Assembly: GCA_037200925.1 (NCBI GenBank)
Contig: JBBCGO010000001.1
Location: 760,235-824,234, forward strand
Origin: Candidatus Doudnabacteria bacterium
Lineage (GTDB): Bacteria; Patescibacteriota; Doudnabacteria; UBA920; O2-02-FULL-48-8
Length of the DNA stretch: 64,000 nucleotides
Direction of reading: 5' to 3'
Of the stretch, positions 1-10,227 are shown one piece after another. Within the stretch, counting starts at the first letter, position 1; each line of letters starts with the position of its first letter. The notes beneath the pieces are model-generated. The model made no database searches. It saw nothing but the letters and a program-made list of their open reading frames with translations, and was not told where the DNA came from. Position numbers and translations under genes: made by a program.

Positions 1-4
1 AACA

Positions 5-1066
5 ATGCTATTTGGTAAATCAAAAAGTCAGTTGGGGGTGGATATCGGATCATCAAACATCAAGATTGTCCAATTAAGGCCAAAAGATAGCAAATTTATC
101 CTGGAAACCTACGGTTTAGTGAATTTTTCTTACCAGATTGCGGCCAAGGACGGTAATAACGGGGTGACCCAAACCGCTCAATTGCTCAAAAATCTCATTA
201 CAAAGTCAAGAGTTACAACCAATCAGATAGTCGCTTCGCTTCCCAACAGCTCGGTCTTCACCTCTGTCATTGAGATGCCGAAAATTCCCGACAATGAGAT
301 GAAAACCGCCGTAGAATTTGAAGCCAAGAAATACGTCCCCCTGCCTTTGCAAGAAGTGGCCCTGTCCTGGAGTGTAATAGAGGATAAACGGGCAAGAAAT
401 GATCAAGACCTCAAGCCCGGCAATTCCAGACCTGAATTAAAGATCAAAGTTCTGTTAACAGCAGTGCCAACCACGGTAATAGATAATTATTTGAAAGTAT
501 TTGAGATGGCGGGATTAGAGCCCTTGGCCTTGGAAATCGAATCTCTGTCGCTTATAAGATCATTGGTAGGAGAGGATTTAAACATTAATCTTGTGATTGA
601 TATTGGAGCTAAAAGCACCAGCATTAATCTTGTGGAGAGCGGATATCTGCGGCTGTCGAAGAACTTAAATGTCGGCGGAGATACGGTAACGGGAAGCATT
701 GCACAAAGTTTGTCAGTGAACTTTGCCCGCGCCGAGCAGTTCAAAAAGGATTTTGGGTTGTCGGGTTCAGCGCAGCAGATTCCTGCCGTCATGCGGCCGA
801 TCCTGGATATCATCAAAAGCGAAGCATCCCAATTGATCAGCCTGTTTGAAAGCCGGGGGGAGCGGATTGATAAAATTTTACTCTCAGGCGGCGGCTCGAA
901 GCTCCCGAGTTTGAAAGAATATTTTTCCGGATTAGGCAAACCCGTAGTCTTGGCCGATCCTTGGAGCCAAGTGTTGTTCTCCCCAAGCCTTAGGCCGGTT
1001 ATCGAACCTTTGGGATTAAATTTGGCGGTCGCGGTCGGATTGGCAATGCGACGCTCCGATAAATAA
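5..1066 (+). CDS. pilM: Type IV pilus assembly protein PilM (actin-like ATPase fold)
   Basis: 353 aa. N-terminal 'VGVDIGSSNIKIVQL' actin-like/FtsA-type motif. First gene of a pilM-N-O-B-T-C cluster. Confidence 0.8.
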   Translation: MLFGKSKSQLGVDIGSSNIKIVQLRPKDSKFILETYGLVNFSYQIAAKDGNNGVTQTAQLLKNLITKSRVTTNQIVASLPNSSVFTSVIEMPKIPDNEMKTAVEFEAKKYVPLPLQEVALSWSVIEDKRARNDQDLKPGNSRPELKIKVLLTAVPTTVIDNYLKVFEMAGLEPLALEIESLSLIRSLVGEDLNINLVIDIGAKSTSINLVESGYLRLSKNLNVGGDTVTGSIAQSLSVNFARAEQFKKDFGLSGSAQQIPAVMRPILDIIKSEASQLISLFESRGERIDKILLSGGGSKLPSLKEYFSGLGKPVVLADPWSQVLFSPSLRPVIEPLGLNLAVAVGLAMRRSDK

Positions 1067-1226
1067 AAATGATTATTAATGAAATAAAAAATTACGAAGA
1101 AATTGAGTTGCGGCCCAGCCCTTTCACGCAAGAGCTGGACGAGAACAATTTTTTCGAGAGAAGTAATACGTCGACCATTGCATATTTTGTGCAAGCAAAA
1201 TCGCAGAGGTTTGACCAATTACGACA

Positions 1227-1784
1227 ATGGCTGAAATAAACCTGCTTCAAAACCGATTGAAAGACACCACTAATCTCGGCCAGCGCCAAAACAGATTAGT
1301 GATTACTGTTTTGTCAGCGATTTTAGTCGTTTTAGTCGGTATTACCGCGGTAATATTTTTCCTGAATAAATCTCTGGCTGACCAGACAATTACCGCCACA
1401 AGCACCAATCAGGATCTTACGAAACAACTAAATGATCAGCAAAGCAAACTCGGAAATGCCAAGTCATTCCAGGCGCAACTGGCGAATTTGCGCTTTCTGC
1501 TGAACGGCCATACATATGTATCGCCGTTGCTGGACGAATTATCAAGGGTAACTTATGCCAGATCACAGTTCATAAGTTTGGACGTGACACAGGTCGGTAA
1601 AATTCACCTTGAAGGCCGGGTTGATTCTTATACGGATCTCGGGAAATTGATCTTGGGCCTGTCCACTTCCCCCAAATTCAGTCAGATCAAACTGTTATCC
1701 GCAGTACCGTCCACCGGCAGCATTAACGGATATATCTTCTCCATCGATATGAACGTGACACCGGATATTTTTCTTAAAAAATAA
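1227..1784 (+). CDS. pilN: Type IV pilus assembly protein PilN
   Basis: 185 aa with a short cytoplasmic N-terminus 'INLL' and a single TM helix. Sits directly after pilM. Confidence 0.7.
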   Translation: MAEINLLQNRLKDTTNLGQRQNRLVITVLSAILVVLVGITAVIFFLNKSLADQTITATSTNQDLTKQLNDQQSKLGNAKSFQAQLANLRFLLNGHTYVSPLLDELSRVTYARSQFISLDVTQVGKIHLEGRVDSYTDLGKLILGLSTSPKFSQIKLLSAVPSTGSINGYIFSIDMNVTPDIFLKK

Positions 1785-1786
1785 TT

Positions 1787-2332
1787 ATGGCCCAAGTAAC
1801 TTTTAAAACAATCATTTACATAGCCATATTGCTGATCCTCGCGTGTTTTGGCGTCGGGTATTTTCTTACAACACCGCAATGGAGCCAATATTCCATTGGG
1901 AAAGCCCAGCTGGCAAAAGTGCAAAGCGACAACGTGCAAATAACTTCCGACCTAGCCTCTGTTCAGAGCTTTTTGGACGATTATCAGACCTATCAAAAAG
2001 ACGCTGATACGGTCAACCTGTCCCTCCCGATTAAATCATCAGACATGGCCAACTTTGCGGCCAGTCTCGGAGATCTGGCAAAATCATCCGGAGTAGTGCT
2101 CTCCAATATTGCCATACAAGAAACACCCACCACCGCGGCAACCACGGTTAATGCTATTCAGGTAATACCCGTGTCTCTTACTGCTTCCGGCACCTTTGCT
2201 TCGTTCAAGGACTTTATGATCAGGCTGGAAGACCATCTGCGGATAGTAGACGTAGGCCACGTGTCTTTGAAAACAGATGAAAATGGTTTAATCCAGTACC
2301 AAATGAATTTACAGACTTATTATCAGAAATAA
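1787..2332 (+). CDS. pilO: Type IV pilus assembly protein PilO-like
   Basis: 181 aa, N-terminal TM anchor, coiled-coil-like region. Position between pilN and pilB. Confidence 0.6.
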   Translation: MAQVTFKTIIYIAILLILACFGVGYFLTTPQWSQYSIGKAQLAKVQSDNVQITSDLASVQSFLDDYQTYQKDADTVNLSLPIKSSDMANFAASLGDLAKSSGVVLSNIAIQETPTTAATTVNAIQVIPVSLTASGTFASFKDFMIRLEDHLRIVDVGHVSLKTDENGLIQYQMNLQTYYQK

Positions 2333-2335
2333 TAT

Positions 2336-2668
2336 ATGGATCCAAAACGCAAAAAACTTTATATTATTTTAATCATAGCATGCGTAGTTATCAGCATCGG
2401 GGTTTTTCTTTGGGGCAGAGGCGGCTCAACCCCCGCGACGCCGGAAGCTAATGCACCAAGCCCGCTTAACACAACCGGCAATGCCGCAGGCCTAGGCCCG
2501 GTGCTTAAACCTGACGGGACTTATTCGGCGCCGGCCGTATTTCCGGAAAGCACGAAGCTGGACACATCAGTTTTGAATTTAGGTACTTTTACGTTATTAA
2601 AAGTCTACCCGCCGGCGACGGTTAGTGCGGGCGAACTTGGACGCGATGACCCATTTAAGAATTATTAG
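2336..2668 (+). CDS. Small membrane-anchored pilus accessory protein (PilP-like?)
   Basis: 110 aa with an N-terminal TM helix and a Pro/Ala/Thr-rich periplasmic part. The call rests on operon position only. Confidence 0.35.
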   Translation: MDPKRKKLYIILIIACVVISIGVFLWGRGGSTPATPEANAPSPLNTTGNAAGLGPVLKPDGTYSAPAVFPESTKLDTSVLNLGTFTLLKVYPPATVSAGELGRDDPFKNY

Positions 2669-2671
2669 GCG

Positions 2672-4441
2672 ATGGCGAATAACAAAGTCATAAGCTCTCC
2701 GCAACAAAAGACCCTCAGTTTTGAAAATTTTTTGCTGGAAAAGGGCTTCATAACTAAAGATAATTTGATCAAAGCCCGGGCCGAATCAACTACAGCCCAC
2801 CGGAACTTGTTCGATTATCTAGTCAGCGAGCGATATATTTCAGAAGAAGATCTGACAAAAGCCCGCGGTCTTTTTTTTAATGTGCCTTATGTTGACCTGC
2901 GGAACAAAACTATTCCGAAGGAAGTTATAGATATTACTTCCAAGGAAGCTGTATCCAATTACAAGTTCATGCCGTTTGAGCTGACAGATAATGTCCTTAA
3001 AGTAGCCTTGACCGATCCCACCAATCTTGCTGCGCTGGAAGCTTTGGAGTTTTTATCGCAAAAAAATAAATACAGAGTAGAACTTTATATCACCTCATAC
3101 AATAGTTTTCAGACAGTTTTTCGGAAGTCCGGCAGTATCACGAAAGAAGTAACCCAGGCATTGGAGGAGGTGGTTAATAAAGAAAAGATCGACCAGCGCA
3201 AGCTTGAAAGCAAAGTTGTTTTTGATGAGGGTCAAAGAATTTTTGACGAGGCTCCTATTTCCAAGATCGTGGATGTTTTTATCCGCCACGCGATCGAGGC
3301 CCGTGCTTCCGATATCCACATTGAGCCTTCGGAAGAGGATCTGCGCGTCAGATATCGCGTTGACGGCGTGCTTCACAGTTCCCTGATCTTGCCGAAATCC
3401 GTACATGCGGCGATCTTGTCGCGTATCAAAATTTTATCCAATCTGAAGATCGACGAACAGCGCCTGCCCCAGGACGGCCGGTTCCATCTGAACCTGGAAG
3501 GCAAGCCTATCGACTTCCGTGTCTCAACTTTTCCGACTGTTGTGGGCGAAAAAGCGGTTTTGCGCATTCTGGATAAATCAGCCGGCGCGCCGACCCTGAG
3601 CGAACTGGGATTGACCGGCCGCAGGCTGGAGATCGTGGAGGAAGCTATTAGAAAGCCGCACGGCATGTTTCTGATGACCGGGCCCACTGGGAGCGGCAAA
3701 TCAACTACGCTGTATTCCATTTTAAGCATATTAAATACGACAGCAGTCAATATTGTGACCCTGGAAGATCCGGTGGAATATTTTATTGATGGGGTCAACC
3801 AGGCTCAGATCCGTCCGGAGATCGGATTGACTTTTGCTTCGGGGCTTCGGTCCATTTTGCGCCAAGACCCGAATATTATAATGGTGGGGGAGATCCGCGA
3901 CCGGGAAACGGCGGACCTGGCCGTCAACTCGGCTTTGACGGGACATTTGGTATTTTCCACTTTGCACACAAATAGCGCCGTAGGCGGCATTCCTCGCCTG
4001 ATGGACATGGGTATAGAGCCGTTTTTATTGACCGACTCGCTGAACTTGATCGGAGCCCAGCGTCTGGTGCGAAAAATTTGCGATAAATGCAAAACAGCGG
4101 TAAAACCGACTGAAGAAATCGAGAAGATCATACGTGAGGGCATGGTCACAGTCGATAAGAAAGAATTGGAAGGTATTGATATGGAAAATATTAAGGTCTA
4201 TATCGGACGCGGCTGTCCGGTTTGCGGCAATACCGGATACCGGGGCCGGATCGGCATTTATGAAATGCTGGCGATCTCAAGGCAAATTCAGATCATGATC
4301 GGTGACCGTCAGCCGGCTGCAAAAATTCAAGACTATGCCATCAAAGAGGAACATTTTATTTTAATGCAACAAAGCGGCATAATAAAAGCATTGCGCGGCA
4401 TCACAACTGTTGAAGAAGTGGTGAGAGCGACCAAAGAATAA
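2672..4441 (+). CDS. pilB: Type IV pilus assembly ATPase PilB (GspE family)
   Basis: 589 aa. GspII_E N-terminal domain, Walker A 'GPTGSGKSTT', Walker B 'IMVGEIRD', tetracysteine 'CDKC...CPVC'. Confidence 0.9.
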   Translation: MANNKVISSPQQKTLSFENFLLEKGFITKDNLIKARAESTTAHRNLFDYLVSERYISEEDLTKARGLFFNVPYVDLRNKTIPKEVIDITSKEAVSNYKFMPFELTDNVLKVALTDPTNLAALEALEFLSQKNKYRVELYITSYNSFQTVFRKSGSITKEVTQALEEVVNKEKIDQRKLESKVVFDEGQRIFDEAPISKIVDVFIRHAIEARASDIHIEPSEEDLRVRYRVDGVLHSSLILPKSVHAAILSRIKILSNLKIDEQRLPQDGRFHLNLEGKPIDFRVSTFPTVVGEKAVLRILDKSAGAPTLSELGLTGRRLEIVEEAIRKPHGMFLMTGPTGSGKSTTLYSILSILNTTAVNIVTLEDPVEYFIDGVNQAQIRPEIGLTFASGLRSILRQDPNIIMVGEIRDRETADLAVNSALTGHLVFSTLHTNSAVGGIPRLMDMGIEPFLLTDSLNLIGAQRLVRKICDKCKTAVKPTEEIEKIIREGMVTVDKKELEGIDMENIKVYIGRGCPVCGNTGYRGRIGIYEMLAISRQIQIMIGDRQPAAKIQDYAIKEEHFILMQQSGIIKALRGITTVEEVVRATKE

Positions 4442-4443
4442 AT

Positions 4444-4830
4444 ATGTTTAACGTATTATTTGCCCATTCAGATCCAAAGATAGTTGACCTCTATCATCCC
4501 CGCCTGGCTGTTCATTTTTCCGTGGATTCGGCGCACGACGGCTTAACCGCCCTGCGCAAACTAAAACTTGCCAAGCCCGGATTAGTCGTTTCGGATTATG
4601 ACCTTCCCTTGCTGTCAGGACTGGCATTGTTGAAGTTTTGCAGGCGGCAAAGCGCTTATGCTTCCATCCCGTTTATCTTCCTTGCCGACATTGCAAACGC
4701 CCAGCAGGCTCTAAGTTCCGGCGCCAATGATTGGCTTCAACTGTCTTCAGTCACTCCGGACCTGCTTATCGGCAGAATTTACGGGCAATTAAAGCTAAAT
4801 CGATATGGTTTACAAATCAACAGAACTTGA
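4444..4830 (+). CDS. Stand-alone CheY-like receiver domain (PilH-like)
   Basis: 128 aa. Receiver-like 'LVVSDYDLPLLSGLALL' with a conserved Asp. Lies between pilB and pilT. Confidence 0.45.
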   Translation: MFNVLFAHSDPKIVDLYHPRLAVHFSVDSAHDGLTALRKLKLAKPGLVVSDYDLPLLSGLALLKFCRRQSAYASIPFIFLADIANAQQALSSGANDWLQLSSVTPDLLIGRIYGQLKLNRYGLQINRT

Positions 4831-5884
4831 AGTCAATACTTTATTGATGCTGGTGCTTCAAAGAGAAGCATCAGATCTGCATTTAATTGCCGGCAAGCCC
4901 CCGACACTTAGAATTGACAGCCAACTCGTGGAGCTGAAAGATTATGAGGTTTTATCCGGCAATGCGATTTCCGGCATCGTGGACGTTTTACTGGATACCG
5001 AGCAGAAAAAAAAAGAATTCCGCGACAACAAGGACTTGGATTTTTCTTTTTCTTTCAAAGACAATGTCCGGTTTCGGATCAACGTTTATTATCAGAAAGG
5101 TTATCCGGCCGCGGCCCTGCGCCTGATCTCGAACAAGATCAAAACGATCGAGGAATTGTACCTGCCGACCCAGCTTAAGGACCTGATCAATTACAAACAG
5201 GGTTTGGTCCTGATGGTCGGTCCTACCGGGCACGGAAAATCGACAACTCTGGCGGCTCTGATCGATCTGATCAACCATACCCGCGCGCAAAATATCGTGA
5301 CCATTGAAGACCCGATCGAATTTGTTTATCTTCAGGACAAGTCGCTGGTCAACCAGCGCGAGGTCGGGTTTGATACGACTTCGTTTGGCCGCGCTCTTCG
5401 TGCAGTTTTGCGTGAAGATCCGGATGTGGTTTTGGTCGGAGAAATGCGCGATTTGGAATCCATCGCCACGACGATCACCGTGGCTGAAACGGGACATCTC
5501 GTGTTTGCGACACTGCACACCAATAACGCCGCCCAGACCATTGACCGCATCATCGATGTCTTTCCCGCGTATCAGCAAAATCAAATTCGGACGCAGCTGG
5601 CCAATATTTTGGTGGCTGTCATCTCCCAGCGATTGCTTCCAAAGATCGGCGGGGGACGGGTGCCGGCGGTGGAGATCATGATGAAGAATAACGCCGTATC
5701 CAACGTTATTCGGGAAAACAAGACCTACGAACTGCCGAACATTATCCATACCTCGGCCGCCGCAGGGATGGTTTCTTTAGACAACAGTTTGGCGCTGCTG
5801 GTGAGGAGTAACGTGGTCAGGCTGGAAGACATAGTCGCGTATGTGACGGATCAGGATTTATTTGAAGGATTATTAAGAAGATAA
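4805..5884 (+). CDS. pilT: Twitching-motility retraction ATPase PilT
   Basis: 359 aa. 'ASDLHL' N-terminus, Walker A 'GPTGHGKSTT', 'VGEMRD', PilT family length. Confidence 0.9.
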   Translation: MVYKSTELEVNTLLMLVLQREASDLHLIAGKPPTLRIDSQLVELKDYEVLSGNAISGIVDVLLDTEQKKKEFRDNKDLDFSFSFKDNVRFRINVYYQKGYPAAALRLISNKIKTIEELYLPTQLKDLINYKQGLVLMVGPTGHGKSTTLAALIDLINHTRAQNIVTIEDPIEFVYLQDKSLVNQREVGFDTTSFGRALRAVLREDPDVVLVGEMRDLESIATTITVAETGHLVFATLHTNNAAQTIDRIIDVFPAYQQNQIRTQLANILVAVISQRLLPKIGGGRVPAVEIMMKNNAVSNVIRENKTYELPNIIHTSAAAGMVSLDNSLALLVRSNVVRLEDIVAYVTDQDLFEGLLRR

Positions 5885-5887
5885 TTT

Positions 5888-7090
5888 ATGGAATTTGCAT
5901 ACCAAGCGCGGGATAATACAGGCAAGATGCGGACCGGCACGGTTCAAGCCGTCAATGAAACCAATGCATTGGAGATCCTCGGAGAGCACGGTCTGATCGT
6001 GATCAAAATGCTGCCGAGCAACAAGGTTGACATCTTTGAACGCGTGAAAATTTTTGACAGGGTCTCTTCGAAAGATATTGTGCTGTTTTCACGACAGCTG
6101 GCTACTTTGATCAGCGCTAAGGTTCCGATCGTGGAAGCGATAAAAATTTTGCAAAGCCAGGTAGCTTCCAAAAAATTGAAATCCGTTCTGGGCGAGATCG
6201 CTCAGCTTGTGGAATCCGGCGACAGCTTTTCCTCGGCCGTGGCCCGTTACCCGAAAATATTTTCAAAACTTTATGTGAACCTGATCCGGGCCGGCGAACT
6301 GTCGGGGACTATGGATGAATCCTTGTCGTTTTTGGCCAATCAATTGGAAAAGGACTATGACCTGCGGTCCAAGGTCATCGGTGCTTTGACTTACCCGGCA
6401 TTCATTGTGGGAACCCTGGTCGTCGTCGGGTTTTTGATGTTTACTTACGTTCTGCCGCCGCTGGTCAGCGTTTTGCAGGCCTCATCCGTTGAATTACCGT
6501 TCACAACCAAGATTTTGATAGCGACCATGAATTTTGTCCAGCATTTCTGGTGGCTGGTCCTGGCAATCATCATCGGACTGATCGTTGGCTATCGGTTTTA
6601 CAGTAAAACCCCGGGCGGACAATATTTTATCGATAATGTCAAAATCCACCTGCCGGTGTTCGGTTCCTTGTTCCAAAAAATCTATATGACCCGATTCGCC
6701 AGAAATTTATCAACACTGATTGCAGGCGGGATCCCAATCGTCAGGGCGCTAGAATCGGTTGCCGATATAGTGGGGAACGAAGTCTATAAAGAGATCATAT
6801 TGGAGGCGGCTGAACAGGTCCGCAACGGCAAAAGCATTGCTTCCGCCCTAACCTCCAGGCCCGAATTCCCGGCGATTGTGGCGCAAATGACGCAAATCGG
6901 CGAGACTACCGGCCGTTTGCAGGAAATTTTGGACAAATTGGCGATATTTTATGAGAAGGAGATGGAGGTAGTTTTGAACACCTTAACGACCCTGCTTGAG
7001 CCTATTATAATGCTGGTCCTGGGCGTGGCGGTGGCGGTCATGGTTGCAGGAATTTTACTTCCGATATATAGTTTAGCTGGAGCTGCTTAA
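5888..7090 (+). CDS. pilC: Type IV pilus inner-membrane platform protein PilC (GspF family)
   Basis: 400 aa with two GspF repeats and 3 TM segments. Confidence 0.85.
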   Translation: MEFAYQARDNTGKMRTGTVQAVNETNALEILGEHGLIVIKMLPSNKVDIFERVKIFDRVSSKDIVLFSRQLATLISAKVPIVEAIKILQSQVASKKLKSVLGEIAQLVESGDSFSSAVARYPKIFSKLYVNLIRAGELSGTMDESLSFLANQLEKDYDLRSKVIGALTYPAFIVGTLVVVGFLMFTYVLPPLVSVLQASSVELPFTTKILIATMNFVQHFWWLVLAIIIGLIVGYRFYSKTPGGQYFIDNVKIHLPVFGSLFQKIYMTRFARNLSTLIAGGIPIVRALESVADIVGNEVYKEIILEAAEQVRNGKSIASALTSRPEFPAIVAQMTQIGETTGRLQEILDKLAIFYEKEMEVVLNTLTTLLEPIIMLVLGVAVAVMVAGILLPIYSLAGAA

Positions 7091-7225
7091 GACAGGTATG
7101 AGACAAAAATTAACAGGAAGCAATAATACATAAGAGGTAGTTAGGGAATTGAACAAATTCTTCATTTTCCTTTTTGCCTCTGATGTAATTTGTGGTTTCC
7201 TTCTTAAATGGAAGGGGGTGAAATT

Positions 7226-7696
7226 ATGAGAAACATGTTTAATCGAAAAAATAAGGGTTTTACTTTGATCGAATTATTGGTGGTTATCGCTATTATCGGC
7301 ATTTTGGCTTCTATCGTGCTGGTTTCTCTGAACTCTGCTCGTCAAAAATCACGTGACGCCAGACGTCTCGCAGACATCAGACAGGTTATGACCGCTTTGG
7401 AAATATTCTACAACGATAATAACCGTTATCCGTTGCCGCTAACTGCGTCAACCACAGGCCCTACACCAGCGGACGGCTCCCCAGCTTGGAGCACTTACGT
7501 TGCTATTTGGCCGACAACGCCGACGCCTAACGACGGTGCATGTACAGCCCCGCAAAACTTGTACACCTATACGCAAGGCCCAGGCGGCACTGCCTACAAA
7601 ATCGCCTTTTGTTTAGGTGCTCTTACAGGGGGATACCCCGGAGGTGTACCGCTGTATGCTTCGGGCGCAGGTATCAGCACTACGGCTCCATTCTAG
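7226..7696 (+). CDS. pilA: Type IV pilin (major pilin candidate), paralog 1
   Basis: Class III signal '[21 protein letters not shown]' (G|FTLIE). RBS GGAAGGGGG precedes the ATG at 7226. C-terminal 'YTYTQG...FCLG' motif is shared with paralogs 2 and 3. Confidence 0.8.
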   Translation: MRNMFNRKNKGFTLIELLVVIAIIGILASIVLVSLNSARQKSRDARRLADIRQVMTALEIFYNDNNRYPLPLTASTTGPTPADGSPAWSTYVAIWPTTPTPNDGACTAPQNLYTYTQGPGGTAYKIAFCLGALTGGYPGGVPLYASGAGISTTAPF

Positions 7697-7764
7697 CCTG
7701 AAGTATAAGAGTTGAGCGTACTTTCTTCCCTCACTTTCTTCTATGAGATTTCTCAAATTAGAAA

Positions 7765-8265
7765 GTGGGGGATCAAGTGCATTTAAATCACCTAACTTGT
7801 AACATGTATCATGGAACAAAAAAAACAAAACCGAAAAAAATTGATTCATGTTCCATATTCCATGAACTAGGCTTTATCAGCATTGAATCGCTGATTTTAA
7901 TTATTATGATTGGTTTGCTCATATTGACCGGTTTGACGGCTTATTTTTTTGCCGTTGGCCAAGCCCGCGACAAACAGAGAATGTCGGATATTGCCGCCAT
8001 CCAAACTGCATTGCAGATTTATTATAAAGAAAATGGTTTTTATCCGACCGGCCAAAGCATTGCTCAGCCTATGGGAATGACCGGTTACCTCGATAACTGG
8101 CCCACACCTCCGCAGCCTTCCGGCTTATGCACAAAAACGCAGAACCAATACCTTTATTCTCAAAAAGCCAACGGAGAAGACTTTAACCTGAGTTTCTGTC
8201 TGGGCCAAAAAACTGACGTTTTGTCCGCCGGGCCGCACACATTAGCTTCAAAAGGTATCCAATAG
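7765..8265 (+). CDS. Type IV pilin-like protein, paralog 2
   Basis: Prepilin-like 'HELGFISIESLILIIMIGLL'. Shares the C-terminal 'QYLYSQ...SFCLG' motif with paralog 1. Start codon uncertain. Confidence 0.55.
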   Translation: MGDQVHLNHLTCNMYHGTKKTKPKKIDSCSIFHELGFISIESLILIIMIGLLILTGLTAYFFAVGQARDKQRMSDIAAIQTALQIYYKENGFYPTGQSIAQPMGMTGYLDNWPTPPQPSGLCTKTQNQYLYSQKANGEDFNLSFCLGQKTDVLSAGPHTLASKGIQ

Positions 8266-8280
8266 TTCTGAACAAAAACT

Positions 8281-8769
8281 ATGAAAAATTTATCTTCAAA
8301 ATTGAAAAGGGCCGAGGGATTTACTCTGATTGAACTTCTGGTGGTCGTATCGATCATCGGGCTTTTGGCTTCTATCATAGTAGTTGCGCTTAGCAACGTA
8401 CGGCTCAAATCCCGCGATGCCAGGCGTCTGGCGGATATGCAACAGATCAAAACAGGCTTAGATATTTACTACAATTTAGGCTCAGGCTATCCGGATCCCG
8501 CCGATTGGAACGCGGCGCAGGCCGTACAAGGACAGCTTTCCTGTTCCGGGTCTCCAACTTTGACAGTTCCTCAGGATCCTCTGCATAATGGCACTCCGGC
8601 CTACGCGTATACTTACTCACAGGGAGGGAATATTTCTACGGGGTGTGGGGGAAACGTCTCCGCTGATTATGAAATTCAGTTTCAAACCGAGGGCGCTACT
8701 GACCTCGGTCCAGCAGGTACTTATTGGCTTTCCGGTTCCGCCGGAATAACTACTTCAGCTCCGTTTTAA
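8281..8769 (+). CDS. Type IV pilin, paralog 3
   Basis: '[22 protein letters not shown]' prepilin leader. Same length as paralog 1 (162 aa). Shares the C-terminal 'Y.Y.Q' motif. Confidence 0.8.
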   Translation: MKNLSSKLKRAEGFTLIELLVVVSIIGLLASIIVVALSNVRLKSRDARRLADMQQIKTGLDIYYNLGSGYPDPADWNAAQAVQGQLSCSGSPTLTVPQDPLHNGTPAYAYTYSQGGNISTGCGGNVSADYEIQFQTEGATDLGPAGTYWLSGSAGITTSAPF

Positions 8770-8829
8770 TTGACTGGAAAGTGAATTTAGAATAAATCCC
8801 GATGCTTGAGCAACGGGGTTTGTCATATT

Positions 8830-9588
8830 ATGACGCTACTATTTATTTTTATTTTCGGATTGATTGTCGGCAGTTTTTTGAATGTTGTGATTTTTCGGCT
8901 TGCTTCCGGCGAATCTTTTTTATTTGCCCGTTCTCATTGCCGCAGCTGTAAAAAGGAACTGCAGGCCAAGGATTTGATCCCAGTGTTTAGTTTTTTATAT
9001 TTGCGCGGCCGATGCCGGTATTGCGCCGCTGCAATTTCCAGGCAATATCCGGTTGTTGAACTGGCCACAGGGTTAATTTTTGTTTTGTTCGCCTTAAAGT
9101 TTCAAATGGTTTTCAGTTGGGTTTTTGCACTAAATATAATTTTCGCCTGTTTTCTGCTGGTGATAGCAGTGTATGATTTTAACCATTATCTGATCCTGGA
9201 TAAGGTTTTGCTGCCGGGTTTGGTCCTGGTTCTTCTTTATAACATTCTTCAAGGCTGGCCGGTCTTTTGGGCAGGCTTGCTTTCCGGGGCAGGGTTTGCA
9301 GGATTTTTTCTTGCGCAGTACCTGATCTCGCGGGGTAAATGGATCGGATTAGGCGATGTAAAATTAGGTTTCGTTTTGGGGAACCTGGCCGGCTGGCCAA
9401 TGAGTATTTTAGTTTTGATCTTAGCTTATGGGTCAGGCGCAGTTGTGGGAATAGCCTTGATCCTAATGGGACGCAAAAAATTCGGCTCTAAGTTGCCCTT
9501 TGGGATATTTTTGAGCTTGTCTGCTATAATAGTAATGCTGGCAGGGAACCCGATCATGACCTGGTATCTTAGATTGATCGGACTATAA
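8830..9588 (+). CDS. pilD: Prepilin peptidase PilD (A24 family)
   Basis: Polytopic membrane protein with an N-terminal zinc-binding 'CRSCKK...CRYC' box. The listed ORF begins at TTG 8806; an ATG at 8830 is preferred. Confidence 0.8.
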   Translation: MTLLFIFIFGLIVGSFLNVVIFRLASGESFLFARSHCRSCKKELQAKDLIPVFSFLYLRGRCRYCAAAISRQYPVVELATGLIFVLFALKFQMVFSWVFALNIIFACFLLVIAVYDFNHYLILDKVLLPGLVLVLLYNILQGWPVFWAGLLSGAGFAGFFLAQYLISRGKWIGLGDVKLGFVLGNLAGWPMSILVLILAYGSGAVVGIALILMGRKKFGSKLPFGIFLSLSAIIVMLAGNPIMTWYLRLIGL

Positions 9589-9601
9589 AGCTTTTTGCAA
9601 T

Positions 9602-10222
9602 ATGAAACTTAAATACATAAAAAAGAATAAGCCTACAGACCACAGGTTACACGCTACAAGTTATGGCTTCACCCTGATTGAGCTGATGGTGGTGCTTTTT
9701 ATAACCACAATGATCGCAGGGATCAGTGTGGCTAATTTCCGGGCTGCTGAAAAACAGAAACAAGCGGTGATAGCCGGCGATACGGTAGTTAATGCCATAA
9801 GAAACGCCCAGAATTTTACCCTCACGGGTAAAAATACGAATAACACGGATGCAACTTGCCGTGTGCCGCAGTATTACTATATTACTTTTAATTATTCGGG
9901 CGCCATTGTTTTATCCGCTGTCCACAACAACAACAGCGCGGGCACATGCAGTTCGGCTCCTGATACTATTGAAACTTATCCTTTGCCGATCAATACCAGG
10001 ATCAAAGCAAGCGGCCTGGTATTGGACGGAGCCATTGCCAGTTCTTCTATATCATTTATGTTCATGCCGCCGTTTGGCGTCCTGACTGCAGGTAAGGATA
10101 TCGGAACGATCAATGCCACTACTACTGCTGCTTTTACCACGGCGACGATAAGCGTGGAAACATTAGAAGGGTCGGCCAGCAAGACCGTAACTATTGATGG
10201 AATAGCGGGCAAGATTCAGTAA
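9602..10222 (+). CDS. Pseudopilin / minor pilin
   Basis: 'SYGFTLIELMVVLFITTMIAGIS' class III signal. 206 aa. Confidence 0.65.
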   Translation: MKLKYIKKNKPTDHRLHATSYGFTLIELMVVLFITTMIAGISVANFRAAEKQKQAVIAGDTVVNAIRNAQNFTLTGKNTNNTDATCRVPQYYYITFNYSGAIVLSAVHNNNSAGTCSSAPDTIETYPLPINTRIKASGLVLDGAIASSSISFMFMPPFGVLTAGKDIGTINATTTAAFTTATISVETLEGSASKTVTIDGIAGKIQ

Positions 10223-10227
10223 AATAA

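Noticed and set aside
4988-5749. 253-aa minus-strand ORF antisense to pilT, plus several 60-140 aa antisense ORFs within pilB, ligA, cyoB and the hydrolase gene
   Set aside because: They are shadow ORFs fully contained in strongly supported genes on the opposite strand, with no motifs and no RBS.
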